DNA from: Vairimorpha necatrix
Lineage: Eukaryota
DNA: 64,000 nt
NCBI GenBank assembly: GCA_036630325.1
Contig: CP142730.1
Coordinates: forward strand, 1 to 64,000
Direction of reading: 5' to 3'
Each line of letters begins with the position of its first letter. Within the stretch, counting starts at the first letter, position 1. Made by a program: the position numbers and the translations under genes. Below are positions 13,342 through 24,713 of the stretch, piece by piece. Under the pieces are notes generated by a model. It saw only the letters and a list, made by a program, of their open reading frames with translations, had not been told where the DNA came from and made no database searches.

Positions 13342-13611
13342 GGTAAAAATAAAAAGAAAATATTTATAGAAAAATAAATTCTAGAAAATTCATTTGGAGG
13401 GAAAATATAATAATGTGGTAAATAATACCACAAATTCATATTTAATATGGAAAAATATAGTTTATTCCAGAAAATAACATAATAAATACCATTGTTATAA
13501 TATATATAAACAATCTTTATAAATATATAAAACATAATTATTATTATTATTCTAATAAAAATAAATTAATACGGGATATGCTAATGGTGTTTTATATTCT
13601 AGTATATTCTT

Positions 13612-13770
13612 AATAGGTTCCGCATTAGCATCTCCTGTTTGTAGGCAGCTTCACGGCTCTTAGTCCTTTTTAAATCGGAACCTTCACACCTCTTTTGTAG
13701 TCTATTTGAATGCTTTAGTTTGTCTTCTGTTAATCATCTTGATGTACGCTATTAAATTCTTAGAGTATTT
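13612..13770 (-). mobile_element. Decayed 3' end of a second RLE LINE family (family B)
   Basis: Shares taggttccgc.ttagc.tctcctg.ttgtagg..gcttc with 32640 and 42270. The 42270 copy translates to RLE C-terminal motifs. Confidence 0.6.
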
Positions 13771-14274
13771 GATAGTTTAACCTATTTTTTATATTATATA
13801 ACACAACAATATTATTATTAGATTATTTTTTTTATTCAAATATATATATATATATCTTTTTATTATACTCTATAAGTTATCTTATTTAAATTTTTAATAT
13901 ATCATTTTTGTTTAATTATAATATATTTAAAATATTTTTTTTTAAATATTTTCCTTAAATGAAGATAATTTCAGATCCCTAAATAAATAATTTTAAATAT
14001 TACAAAAAGATTAGTTTTATTAAATATAATAGACAAGATTAATATAAACCTTACATCGATAAAAAATATTAGGTTCTACAAGGCTTGATCTGATGATTTA
14101 TCCTTCATTTAGTATTTATTGTAATATAATCCGTTGTTTTAATTATCTTTAATATTAAAAAAAGCAAACTTCATTACCGACAACCAAATTACTACACACC
14201 TTCTTTTACATGGCCAACATGTTTTTTCTAAATATATTTTTTTTTATACTAAACTCTAGATTTTTACTGATATA

Positions 14275-14786
14275 TCATATATATAAAAGAATTTTATTTA
14301 ATTCCTTACCCCTCTTTTTTGTGGTTTTGAAATTTCAAAACTATTTGTTTTGGTCTTATTTTGTTATTGTATTATCAAATTTAAACTCAATGCTTACATT
14401 TGATAATTGTAAGTGCGTATACTATATATTGATGCATTTTTATTCTATTTATTATTTTTAGAAAACTCAGTTCCAAAATATCGTCAGAATCGTTTTTTAG
14501 AATTTATTTAACCCTTCTAGAAAAATTCACAAAAACATGTACCAAAAAAAAGTTGAATGTAAGTGTCAAAAACTGAGCTTAAATAGTTTAAAACATATCT
14601 CATTGAGATTCATAAGTGTTTTCAACTTCATTATACTCTTTAAATGTTCATAAAAAGTGTTTTTAAAACATACTTTTCCTTTTTCTTATTTAAACCAAAA
14701 ATGGAAACTCAAAAAATAAAGGAGGAAGTAAATGAAATAAACAAAATATATTAATCCCGTTTTTAAAACGGGAAAGCATACGCTAG
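14275..14786 (+). mobile_element. Non-autonomous Helitron-like element, copy 1 (512 bp)
   Basis: Starts TC after an A and ends CTAG, with hairpin TCCCGTTTT/AAAACGGGA about 10 nt before the end. Confidence 0.8.
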
Positions 14787-15305
14787 TCATATATATAAAA
14801 GAATTTTATTTAATTTTTTACCCCTCTTTTTTGTGACTTTGAAATTTCTAAACGATACATTTTGTGCCTTTTCCGTTAATATATTATCAAATATAGATTT
14901 ATTGCTTTAATTTGACTATTCTAAGTGTGTATGTTATTAGTTAATACTTTTTTGATTTAATTACCATTTTTGTAAAACTCAGTTCCAAAATATCGTCAGA
15001 ATCGTTTTTTAGAATTTATTTAACCCTTCTAGAAAAATTTTAAAAACAATTGACAGAAGAAGAAACTGAATAAAAGTGTCATAAATTGAGCTTAAAAGTT
15101 CCCAAAATTATCTCATTATAACTATTTAATGTTTCTAGATCAAGTTTACTCCTTATATGTTACTAAAAAGTATTTTTTAAAATCATGTTTTCTCCTTTTC
15201 CAATTCATTCATCCCAAAATAAAAACTTAACAAAATTAAAAGGGGAAATACATATTAAAAACTAACCATTTAGATCCCGTTTTTAAAACGGGAAAGCATA
15301 CGCTA

Positions 15306-15306
<1 letters not shown>
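14787..15306 (+). mobile_element. Non-autonomous Helitron-like element, copy 2 (520 bp), head-to-tail with copy 1
   Basis: CTAG|TC junction at 14786/14787, same 3' hairpin plus CTAG followed by T, and internal block aaaactcagttccaaaatatcgtcagaatcg shared with copy 1. Confidence 0.8.

Positions 15307-15340
<34 letters not shown>
15307..15340. repeat. (TA)n microsatellite
   Basis: Pure TA run directly after the Helitron end. Confidence 0.9.
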
Positions 15341-15345
<5 letters not shown>

Positions 15346-18300
15346 ATCATTCTCATACTTTATAGAAATTTATATCATATACACGTTTTATGATATTTTT
15401 ATTTATTAAACTCATTTAATTATTCATTATAATAGAATGAAAGTCTTTAATATGGTTAATATAATGTTCTAATTATTTATGACTTTACATTTAAAATATT
15501 TTGTTCTACTGATTCATCTTAATTATAACTGTAAACAGTTTATATGATAATACACTATCTATTTATTACTATTATATTATCTAAAGTTGAATGTTTACTA
15601 ATAAAGACTTTTAAAGCTGATATTAAACTTTGTCTGAATCAGTGTCAATATATACTTTATATGACAGATATGTAATTGCAATCAATTACCGTATGCGCAA
15701 ACTTTCAAATTTTATTATATGCTAAATTTCTTATCTAATGAATTCGCTTTTCAATTTTTATAAATTTTTCGTAAATGTTAATGATCCTTCATTAGATATT
15801 ATTTCTAGACATTCTCTTCTTTTCTCATAATATTACTCTCTTCTTAATTTTTATTTTTTTCATGTAAGAAAAGAGAGAACCATTACATAGAATTTTGTTA
15901 ACAATAAATTTAACCTCATACGTTTAGTGTAGTAGTTTAATGATAAACACTAATTTAAATTCTCATACTCTTTACAGAAGGGCATATTGTATAATTTTTT
16001 CGTTTCAGAACATATGTTTTTATCTATCTTTATATTACATCGTCAAGATTCGCTGCTGATAAGAAACTAAGATTTAAATAAATTCTAAAAAAAACCATGT
16101 ACATAATTTACTAACACAAATAACACTTATCATTACATGATTCTTTTACGCGACTTCTAACATTACTAAAATTTGATCCTGCTTTCTACGAACTTCTTTG
16201 ACCACAAGTTATTCGAATTTTGTCAAATGAAGATATAGAATCGTATAAAAGAAAGGAAGATGCTCCTAGATAAATCCTTCTATTCGTAAATTCACCATTA
16301 AGAAATTTCATTAAACACTGCATCAGTAATGTTTTCTAAAAAACTGGCCTCTTTTTGAAAACACGGTCGATGTAAACATCAATTTTATTTCTAGTTGTAA
16401 GTGAAGTTGTTCATTAATAGTAAAGTTCTATTTTTGTATTTTTTGAAGCTCATTGTTACATAAAATTTTTTAATGATTTCAAAAATAAACTTCGTCGTGC
16501 GGGGAACAAAAAAGTTTTTTCAAAAAACCTGAAATTAGAAAGTCATTGTTTTAAAGGCTTGGTTACCATGTTTTTTTTATTAGTTTCGTTAATCTTCAAG
16601 ATAAAGGACTGGATATCATTTTATATCTCATAAATATTTACAAAATGTTCTACATATTCATTGTCTACTACAAAAAATATAATTTTAAAATTTAATATTA
16701 AAAGCTACTTTATACAGAATTACTTATTATTTTTTATATAATATATCTCTAATTTATATAGAACATTAGTTTTTAGTTTATTAATACTCTATATGTAAAC
16801 TTTCCTTATATTACACTCTTGATTATGTTTCTGTTCGAAAAAGTGTTTGTTATTTTGTTTTGAACATAATATTTTTTTATCCACTCTATATATATATTGC
16901 TATGCAAAATTTATATTCAAATTCATTAACTTAAAAATTTCTACATAGATAGTTTTATGCCTATAATGCAAGTTGTTTTTGATTTTTACGAGTGTGTTAG
17001 TTTTGCATCATTTTGATCCTTGTATTATATTTTTATTGTAGATCCGTTTTTGTCATTTACAAATAATAATTGAAAAATATAAATACTTCAAATTATTATA
17101 TTTTAACATAATGTATTTTTAACTAAGCATTATTCTTATTTTTAATTTTACATAGATACCTTGAATTAAGCGGTTTTACTAATATTCTAACCTTAAAACA
17201 AGTTTTTATATTAATTCGACATGTATTATACGTATTAAGCGTATTTCATCTAGGTTTTATAAGGTAACTTCAATATTACTTAAGATCTAGACTTTATCTA
17301 CAACTGATATTTATTAAAACAATACATCTCTATTATAGAAACAGTACAATATTCAAACTAACAATTCATAAAGATTATCAAATGTGTAACCTTATGTTTT
17401 GTTATACAATAGAAGATAGGTTAGAATTTACGGAACAAAAAAAACAATGACAGTATTACTAATTTAGTAATGATACAATAGAACCTTGTCCTTTAAACGA
17501 GGAAATAAGCTATGATTCTTTTTTATAAATATTGGACTGTTTTTCAAAGAAATTGTTTCTTTTATTTTGTAAAAATTAATTTCTCGCCTTTAATATTATA
17601 AATGGCTTAACCATATTATCCAATTGTTTTTGTAAAAAACAACATTTCGATAATCTTTCACCTAGGGATTTGTTTTTCTGCCAAAAAAAAATTAGTGTAC
17701 GGAATTTGCTTTTAGAAATTAGAAATAAGGGCGAAACAAGTTAATTGGTTTTTTCTGCATAATTTTTTGTCAAAATATTTTTAAAGTAACTTATAATGTG
17801 AATATAATGCCAATTTACTTTTTTTTTATAGAACATAAATAAAATATGTGCATTTTTTATAAAAATTAAATTTGCAACCAAATCAATCCCATGAAGGTTC
17901 AGTCAAAATTTATGTCTGCAATTATTAAATCCATTGTATAATATCTAATGTAAACGAATAAATTTGATTTAGCGTACAGTTTTATAACTATTTTTTGATC
18001 TGTAATCTTTTTATTTGTTTTCTTTTCTATTATATTTATCGTACTCTTCTCTATTTGAAATATAAATGATTTAGATATTCTAATTATTTGCAAACAGAAA
18101 GTATATCTATTAGGGGGTGTGATTCAAAAATATATCTATTCAATTGTTTTTTAGAAAGGTTATATTTAAATGAGCATTCATCCCATCTTATGAAAAATAT
18201 TTTCATCACTGGAATATTCAAAAAATATAGTATCCCAAAATGAAATTTTTTCACTGTAAAGATTATATAATCTCACAATAAAATGTTGACGTAATTAAAT

Positions 18301-19864
18301 CTAAACATATCAAATATTAAATTGCGGAATTATATTACTCTATTGTATATATATATTGTAAAAAAATGATTTTATTTTTAATCAAAATCACAAATAATTA
18401 TAATTTCGTTATTTCCACTGTTTTTTTTTTTATTTCTTAACTTTTGTTTATTTTATAATCATTTATAACTGAAAATTTCTCTTATTTTTTTTTATTGTAG
18501 GTCAAAATTACTTTAATCCACCCTATAAAATATTAATAATTATATCTTTTTACTGACATTATATTTATAGAATATATAAGATACGTAAATTCTATTTTTT
18601 AATTTGTCATTTATTTTTTTTAGGTTTTTAGCATTATCTTGACAAAGAGAACAAAAGTTTGATTGTTTACAATACTTACTTTTTATTGATTTGGTTCTTT
18701 ACTATAATTTGTTTATTCTTTTTGCATACGAAATATTTTTTATTTATTAATTAATCGATATTGTTCATAACTGAGAAACAAATATATTTTCTTATTATAT
18801 ATCATTTAAAACGTTATCGTTAATTTTAGTAAGTCTGTAAGAATAAAATTTATTTGACTTGATTCTGGGGTATTCATTCTTTTATACATAGATACATCTG
18901 ATTGTTGCAATAAATATGAATTTATTACCAAGATTTTTATTTCTTAGTATATTTATGTATATTTATATTAAGCGGTTGGCATCTTAATCATATCTACACA
19001 TATTTTAGTAAAAATTTATAAATTGTGTTGGCATTTTAAATTTCTAGTACCATATAATTTTTATTTTATTTTAATAAAAACTTCGAAGTTGATTTACGCC
19101 CTAAATAAGGAATATTGTTGTTTTCTTTTAGATTGTTCATTTCTGTGCTTTTCGATCCTTAATAATTAATCTTTCCTAGTCTTTCCCTAAAAGTGTCTTA
19201 TTTAAATAAAATGCTAATGACTAATTGGAGATATTTAAAACACAGAAAACATTTGTTATTTAAATCTTTATATGTCTTTATTACATATACATACCTGCTC
19301 ATTTTGCCATATAAAGTCAATCATTTCTTCAGTCTATCGATGTGCCAGTCAATAATAGCTAATCCTCAGGGCAGGCCACGTCTCAGTGTGCAAATGATTT
19401 ATCACACATAGATTATTCAATTAGTAGTATTGATGGGAAATCTGTTCAAAATATAAATTTCTTAAATCATATAGTTCGGTTGTTAAGATAAATAGCTCCA
19501 AAACAATGTATTTAAAAGTGTTTGTTGAATAAACGATTAAACTAATTTTTTATGTTTCTCTATTATATATACTAACTTTACTTTGTTTGCAAGCAATAGA
19601 TATAATTATAATTTTTCAATCGTAGAATATTAAGTCTATATTTGAAGTTTTGTACTTATAATACTGTTTATTCTTAATTTTAATGATATTATTTTCGTCT
19701 TGTCGATATTATTATCTCTTCTTAAATATATATACATATACAAATACATCTCTTCTTAATAATTAGTTAGTCGTTTAAAATGTCTAGAATAATTACTTTC
19801 AAGCCTTCATGATATAGCTAAATTCTTTTGTAATGAATTATTTTGGGGTGATTATTTTCCTTGT

Positions 19865-20310
19865 TAATTATCATGATTTTCTTCTCCTTCTTTTTACATT
19901 TTTATATATACTTGTCATCTCTGAAAATCAAAAAATTTAAATCTCTTTAATTCAAAATTATGACATTTTAGACTAATTATTTTTCCATGATTTTCTTTTC
20001 TGTCTTATTGTATATATATATGTATATAGAATTTTCTTCATTATAGGATGAAAATTCCAAAACTCTAAAAATCAAAATTATGACATTTTAGACAAATATT
20101 TTTATATGATTTTTATCAACTTCTTATTTTTTACAAATGTGTATATGTTCTTTTCATCAATAAAGAAAGAAAATCAAAATTATGTCGTTTTAGATAATTT
20201 ATTTTTTCATGATTTTATTCTTATTCTTGGTGTTTGAATATATATACTTGTCATCCTTGAAAAATATAAAATTTGGAAATTCAAAAAACAAAATTTTGAC
20301 TTTTAGCCTA
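19865..20310. repeat. Degenerate ~120-bp tandem repeat (~4 units); second copy at ~28170-28630
   Basis: Recurrent caaaattatgacattttagac...catgatttt at ~19955, 20075, 20175 and 20290. Confidence 0.65.
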
Positions 20311-21000
20311 TATTTACTTTAAAATTTCATATTCTTGGCGAGTAGAAGGGAAGATGAAATATTTTACATGAACTTAAAAGAAAGAGAGTTAATTATCCAA
20401 TAGATATAGGGCATTTCTAACTCTTAACTATTACCGAATACTTGCGCTGCACTATCTCCGACGTAACCATTGGGATTTGATAAGAATATTTTTATATACA
20501 AGCCTCTAATCGCATCATTAAATCAATAAATATATTAAAATAAAGGTTTTAAAACCTCTGTATAGATTTATCAGATTAATATAATGTCTATATAATTATA
20601 AATCATCTAGATCTCAGATGGCTCTTTCTCTTACACAGAACACTAAAAGCAAACTTATTAAACTTCTTTGAAACTAATGGAATAATTGAACAGATCTCCA
20701 TCTTATACTATATCTTGTTTGTATAAAATCAAACTTCATAAATTTCTACATCAAGAGTGCCATAATTGGCTTTTAGATCCCTATAGAATATACAGCTATG
20801 GTATTTTGAAACACAGAAGGACAAATAATATGTAAAAAAATTCGAATTATAAATATATTTTAAAAATTAATAATCATTTCATTACAAAAGATACTTTTCA
20901 TAATATTTGTTTAGTCTAAAAATTTTGCCAATTTTATTTTATTGACTTCTATATGGCCAACAGCATCCATTTCTACAATGCGTATATAAATTTATATTTT

Positions 21001-21070
21001 ATTCCCACAGGAATCGAACCTTGGACCTTCGATATCCAAATTCAAGGTGCAACCATTCTGCCAAGCACAA
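21001..21070 (-). pseudogene. Degenerate tRNA-like sequence (copy A)
   Basis: Minus strand has A box TGGCAGAATGG and B box GGTTCGATTCC, but the acceptor stem does not pair. Confidence 0.6.
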
Positions 21071-21804
21071 CTATTTTAATTTTTTGTTATCCTTTAAGAA
21101 AACCAATTATATTTTCAACTTCCTTTAATTTTTGTTTTCTTTCTATACATAAAGAAAAATTTCAAATTCAGATTAAAAGATCATTAAGTGATTTAACCAA
21201 ATAATAGAATAATTTACAATATTAGTTTTATGCTTTCTTATATAAAATTTTCTTTGATCCGAATATACCTTTCTATTATATATATACTTGTTATACTAAA
21301 AAATAATATACACTTTACACGGCAAAAACGAGTATATATTCTATATTATATACAAAAAACTATCATATGTGATCGCAAATTTTAAGATTTACTGGCATCG
21401 TATTTCAATTTCTCTATTATATCTGGCAATTTTGTTATTCTTATTTTCCATACCCTCTAAAGAAAATTTTTTTAAATAATTTTTTCAACAAATCAAAACT
21501 GTCATTTGTGAGAATATGTTTAATATGTATTTGATCTGCTACAACTATATATAAACTACATCTTTTAATAATTTCAACTAAAAAATAATAAAAACATATT
21601 TATGTGATTTAACTAATATTCTTTATTGAGATTTTGTTTTTCTTAGATACTGTGATGTACATTACTACAACACATGGACAGATGTCAAAAATATTTCAAC
21701 CGTTTCGGATGGCATGTCAAGTTGGGTCACACAATCAAACGAAAGTTGCATGGTCGTTACTACATTCGTAAGAACGCCAATGTTTGTGTTTAGTGTTGAT
21801 AACA

Positions 21805-22112
21805 TATAAAAAATTTATCAGCTTAATTTATCATTAAAGTTAGATTAGCAAAGTTTACCTTGGTATCGCTCACTAGATTCGGCTCTATATAGACTTTGGT
21901 TTTTGTGGAATTATTTATGTTTTTCAACTCCAAATTTTTAGCTTCATTCTATTATACCGACATCGCTTGTTCAACAGTCGCCATATTCGCTAGTGCGCTT
22001 AAAGCTCTAACCACTTCTTCTTCTGCATAATCTTTATCGTATCTTGTTCGTCGTTCCAAAGAGATGCACTCTGGAGTTTTCTTCATCACATTAGACTGGA
22101 TGTATGCTTCCA
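21805..22112 (-). mobile_element. Decayed 3' fragment of RLE LINE family A
   Basis: Aligns with 12717-13030 (acagtcgccatattcgctagtgcgctt; tagactggat.tatgcttccag). Confidence 0.85.
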
Positions 22113-22167
22113 GAAATGTTTAGATTTTTGCAGAATGCAAATAAGATCTTAAAATATTAATATATAT

Positions 22168-22393
22168 TGTGGACTGATGGTTTCCCATCAGTCCGAGAAG
22201 AATGTTTTAAACTAATATTTTTATTATTCTTCATACCCTTCTGGGTATGATTTTCTTTTATATTTATAGGCGGGAAAATATTATACATTTTCCCTCCATA
22301 AACATAGTTGGGAGAAGGAAGAGAATACTTATAGAATCGTATTCTCTGAGCTCCAGGGCAATCTTAGGACCACTGGAGATCTGTCACTTGACA
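22168..22393 (-). repeat. 3' LTR (226 bp)
   Basis: Base-for-base identical to 24488-24713. Confidence 0.95.
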
Positions 22394-22415
22394 CTCCCCC
22401 CTTCTTTAAAGCCTC

Positions 22416-24608
22416 CTAGGTTCCCATTTGACGACACATCTTAAAGTACTTGCAGTAAATAGTGACTGCGTCCTTATTTAGGTTATATGAATTATAGGCT
22501 CGCTTTATTTTGGCTACAGGGGTAATATATGACTTTCCCCTTTTATCAATCACTTTCTTCTTGAGGTTTATCGGCGGGTTTCGCCTTTGTATTGTGTTTT
22601 GTAGTTTATGAACACCTAATTTCTCATTTTTTATAACTATTCCTGTTTCCTCTCCTGGTTTAATCATCGTGTAAATGATATGTGTGTAGTGAGGCACTTC
22701 TAAACCTTCGTCGTAATTTTTACGCCATCCATTTATCATAAAATTAAAATTGAATGGTATATTTCTAAGCCCAGGGGGTACACTACGCCCGTGAACATTT
22801 TTTATTAGTCCGTTATATGGCGACTGTTCTCTGTATTTCTCCCAGGTACTTATCTGACGATGCCTTAAATTCAAGCCCCATCTTATACATTCAGGTGGAT
22901 CATGTAATTCTTCAATGTAAGGAGTTGGGTAACCAACTTGTTTTTTAATTATGTAAAGTTTTCCCGGGTTCACATATATTCCTTTGTCCCTGAAAAATCC
23001 TTTGTCTAAAGCAATCGGGATAGTACCCGTCGAACAAGTTTCTCCAGTATGGGTTTCTTTCACCAGCTCTACGGGCTTGACTCTTATCGCTTCATTTTGA
23101 CTTATTAGTCTTCTATGTTGAATGTTCTTTAATGCCGTAAGATCCTTTGGCACTTTCAAATCTATGCTACGATGTACACTTGAGCTTTGGTCTTTAATAT
23201 GGAATGTTATAGAAGGTTTTATATCAAGTTTATTACTTTGTTCTTTTTCTTCTTGAACTAAATTCTCTCCGCCCATTTCTGTTATATACGTGTCTGGTTT
23301 TTTCACCATAGTTGTACAGACAGATTTCTTTGTTCTGTCATATTCCATTTTATCGAGACTTTTTAGTAGATTTAGTTTCTTGGTATCTTGTATGCCAATG
23401 ATGAAGTTTTCCGGTAATTTCTCTTTTATATGAGCCTCGATCTTTAATTTTTTCTTGATCTTTGGCTTTTTGATAAAAACTTGTGTTTTCCCTTCTGCTT
23501 CAACCTGGTCTCCTTTTCTATCTACCTTAAGCGTATCTATTATTGGTTTTAATTCCAATTTCTGAATCATTGTTTTACTTTTAAGATTCACTCGAGATCC
23601 GGTATCATTAAGAGCGGATATTTGTGTTGTTCCCGAATATAAATTTATCCTCGGGCGGATATCTTGTAATTGAGTAGTATTTTTTTCTTTCCCCAACTTT
23701 AAAAGCTTGGCAGAATATACTTGTTCTGCCTTTTGACCAATGAGTTTATTATTTTTCCTTTCTCGTTTAGTGGCTTCATATGTTGGTTTCCTACTAAGTG
23801 TTTTCTTTTTGTTTAAATAGTTATTTATAAAAGTTTGTTTGTTCTCAACTAATTCCAGCAATTCCAACCAATCTTTCGTTTCTTCAATAGACTGTTTCAA
23901 CCTATCAGGGGAGTTCTTTCCTATAGAAATCTTTGATCTGGCAAAATATTCAGGGTTTCCTTTTGCACATCTTTTGAGGTCATAAGCGTAATTTAAAATG
24001 TCGCTTTCCTTTGGACCTTCCACATATAGATGCATGAACCTATCTGCTATATCTTCTGTTAGTTTCTCTTTTAGATACTTTTTTTTAAACTGGGTTTTGA
24101 ATGAATCATAGTCTGTAATTTCATCACCCTCGAACGCTTTGAACCATGTTAACGCCTTGCCTTTAAGTTTAGATTTGGCAATATCTAGCGTTTTATCTTG
24201 CGTATACACATCCTCAATTTCGCGGAACTGAGTTAAAAAATCTTCGGCTTGTTTTAAAGTTTCGCCGTTAAATTCTGTCCACCTATTGATCAGACATATT
24301 TTTTCCATGTGCGTGATGAGACTATTAAAGTGATCGTTCAAATCCTCGTCACCGTTACCACCATTGTGGACTGATGGTTTCCCATCAGTCCGAGAAGAAT
24401 GTTTTAAACTAATATTTTTATTATTCTTCATGTGAGTGATAAGACTATTTAGGTGATCGTTCAAATCCTCGTCACCGTTACCACCATTGTGGACTGATGG
24501 TTTCCCATCAGTCCGAGAAGAATGTTTTAAACTAATATTTTTATTATTCTTCATACCCTTCTGGGTATGATTTTCTTTTATATTTATAGGCGGGAAAATA
24601 TTATACAT
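22416..24608 (-). CDS. Gag-aspartic protease polyprotein with eroded RT-like C-terminus (730 aa from the first ATG; real start may be 24554)
   Basis: Gag motif KLKGKALTWF...YDSFKTQFKKKY. Protease ALNDTGSRVN...FIIGIQD. RT-like remnants YPTPYIEEL and VPPGLRNIP but no YxDD. No RNase H or integrase. Confidence 0.85.
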   Translation of the reverse strand: MYNIFPPINIKENHTQKGMKNNKNISLKHSSRTDGKPSVHNGGNGDEDLNDHLNSLITHMKNNKNISLKHSSRTDGKPSVHNGGNGDEDLNDHFNSLITHMEKICLINRWTEFNGETLKQAEDFLTQFREIEDVYTQDKTLDIAKSKLKGKALTWFKAFEGDEITDYDSFKTQFKKKYLKEKLTEDIADRFMHLYVEGPKESDILNYAYDLKRCAKGNPEYFARSKISIGKNSPDRLKQSIEETKDWLELLELVENKQTFINNYLNKKKTLSRKPTYEATKRERKNNKLIGQKAEQVYSAKLLKLGKEKNTTQLQDIRPRINLYSGTTQISALNDTGSRVNLKSKTMIQKLELKPIIDTLKVDRKGDQVEAEGKTQVFIKKPKIKKKLKIEAHIKEKLPENFIIGIQDTKKLNLLKSLDKMEYDRTKKSVCTTMVKKPDTYITEMGGENLVQEEKEQSNKLDIKPSITFHIKDQSSSVHRSIDLKVPKDLTALKNIQHRRLISQNEAIRVKPVELVKETHTGETCSTGTIPIALDKGFFRDKGIYVNPGKLYIIKKQVGYPTPYIEELHDPPECIRWGLNLRHRQISTWEKYREQSPYNGLIKNVHGRSVPPGLRNIPFNFNFMINGWRKNYDEGLEVPHYTHIIYTMIKPGEETGIVIKNEKLGVHKLQNTIQRRNPPINLKKKVIDKRGKSYITPVAKIKRAYNSYNLNKDAVTIYCKYFKMCRQMGT

Positions 24609-24713
24609 TTTCCCTCCATAAACATAGTTGGGAGAAGGAAGAGAATACTTATAGAATCGTATTCTCTGAGCTCCAGGGCAATCTTAGGACCACTGGAGAT
24701 CTGTCACTTGACA
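24488..24713 (-). repeat. 5' LTR (226 bp)
   Basis: TG...CA ends; the minus strand has TATAAATA followed by AATAAA. Confidence 0.95.

Larger units (their letters stand above)
16420..22167 (+). repeat. Segmental duplication, copy A (~5.75 kb)
   Basis: Colinear with 24714-30506, from gtaaagttctatttttgtat to aaaatattaatatatat. Confidence 0.93.
22168..24713 (-). mobile_element. Young non-autonomous LTR retroelement (2546 bp) encoding Gag-protease
   Basis: Identical 226-bp TG...CA LTRs. PPT AAAGAAGGGGGGAG before the 3' LTR. PBS TGGTGGTAACGGTGA (24472-24486) one nt after the 5' LTR. No TSD. Confidence 0.95.

Noticed and set aside
13342-13535. N-terminal ~65 aa of the 261-aa ORF
   Set aside because: It lies outside the TSD-defined LINE copy and is AT-rich flank that happens to be open in frame.
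20740-20810. Minus-strand YHSCIFYRDLKAN resembling a kinase catalytic loop
   Set aside because: No other kinase subdomains (DFG, APE) are found nearby and stops flank it.
24491-24514. Hammerhead-like CTGATGG...GAAA in the LTR (retrozyme idea)
   Set aside because: Not CUGANGA and no stem II; it is a simple tetraloop hairpin.
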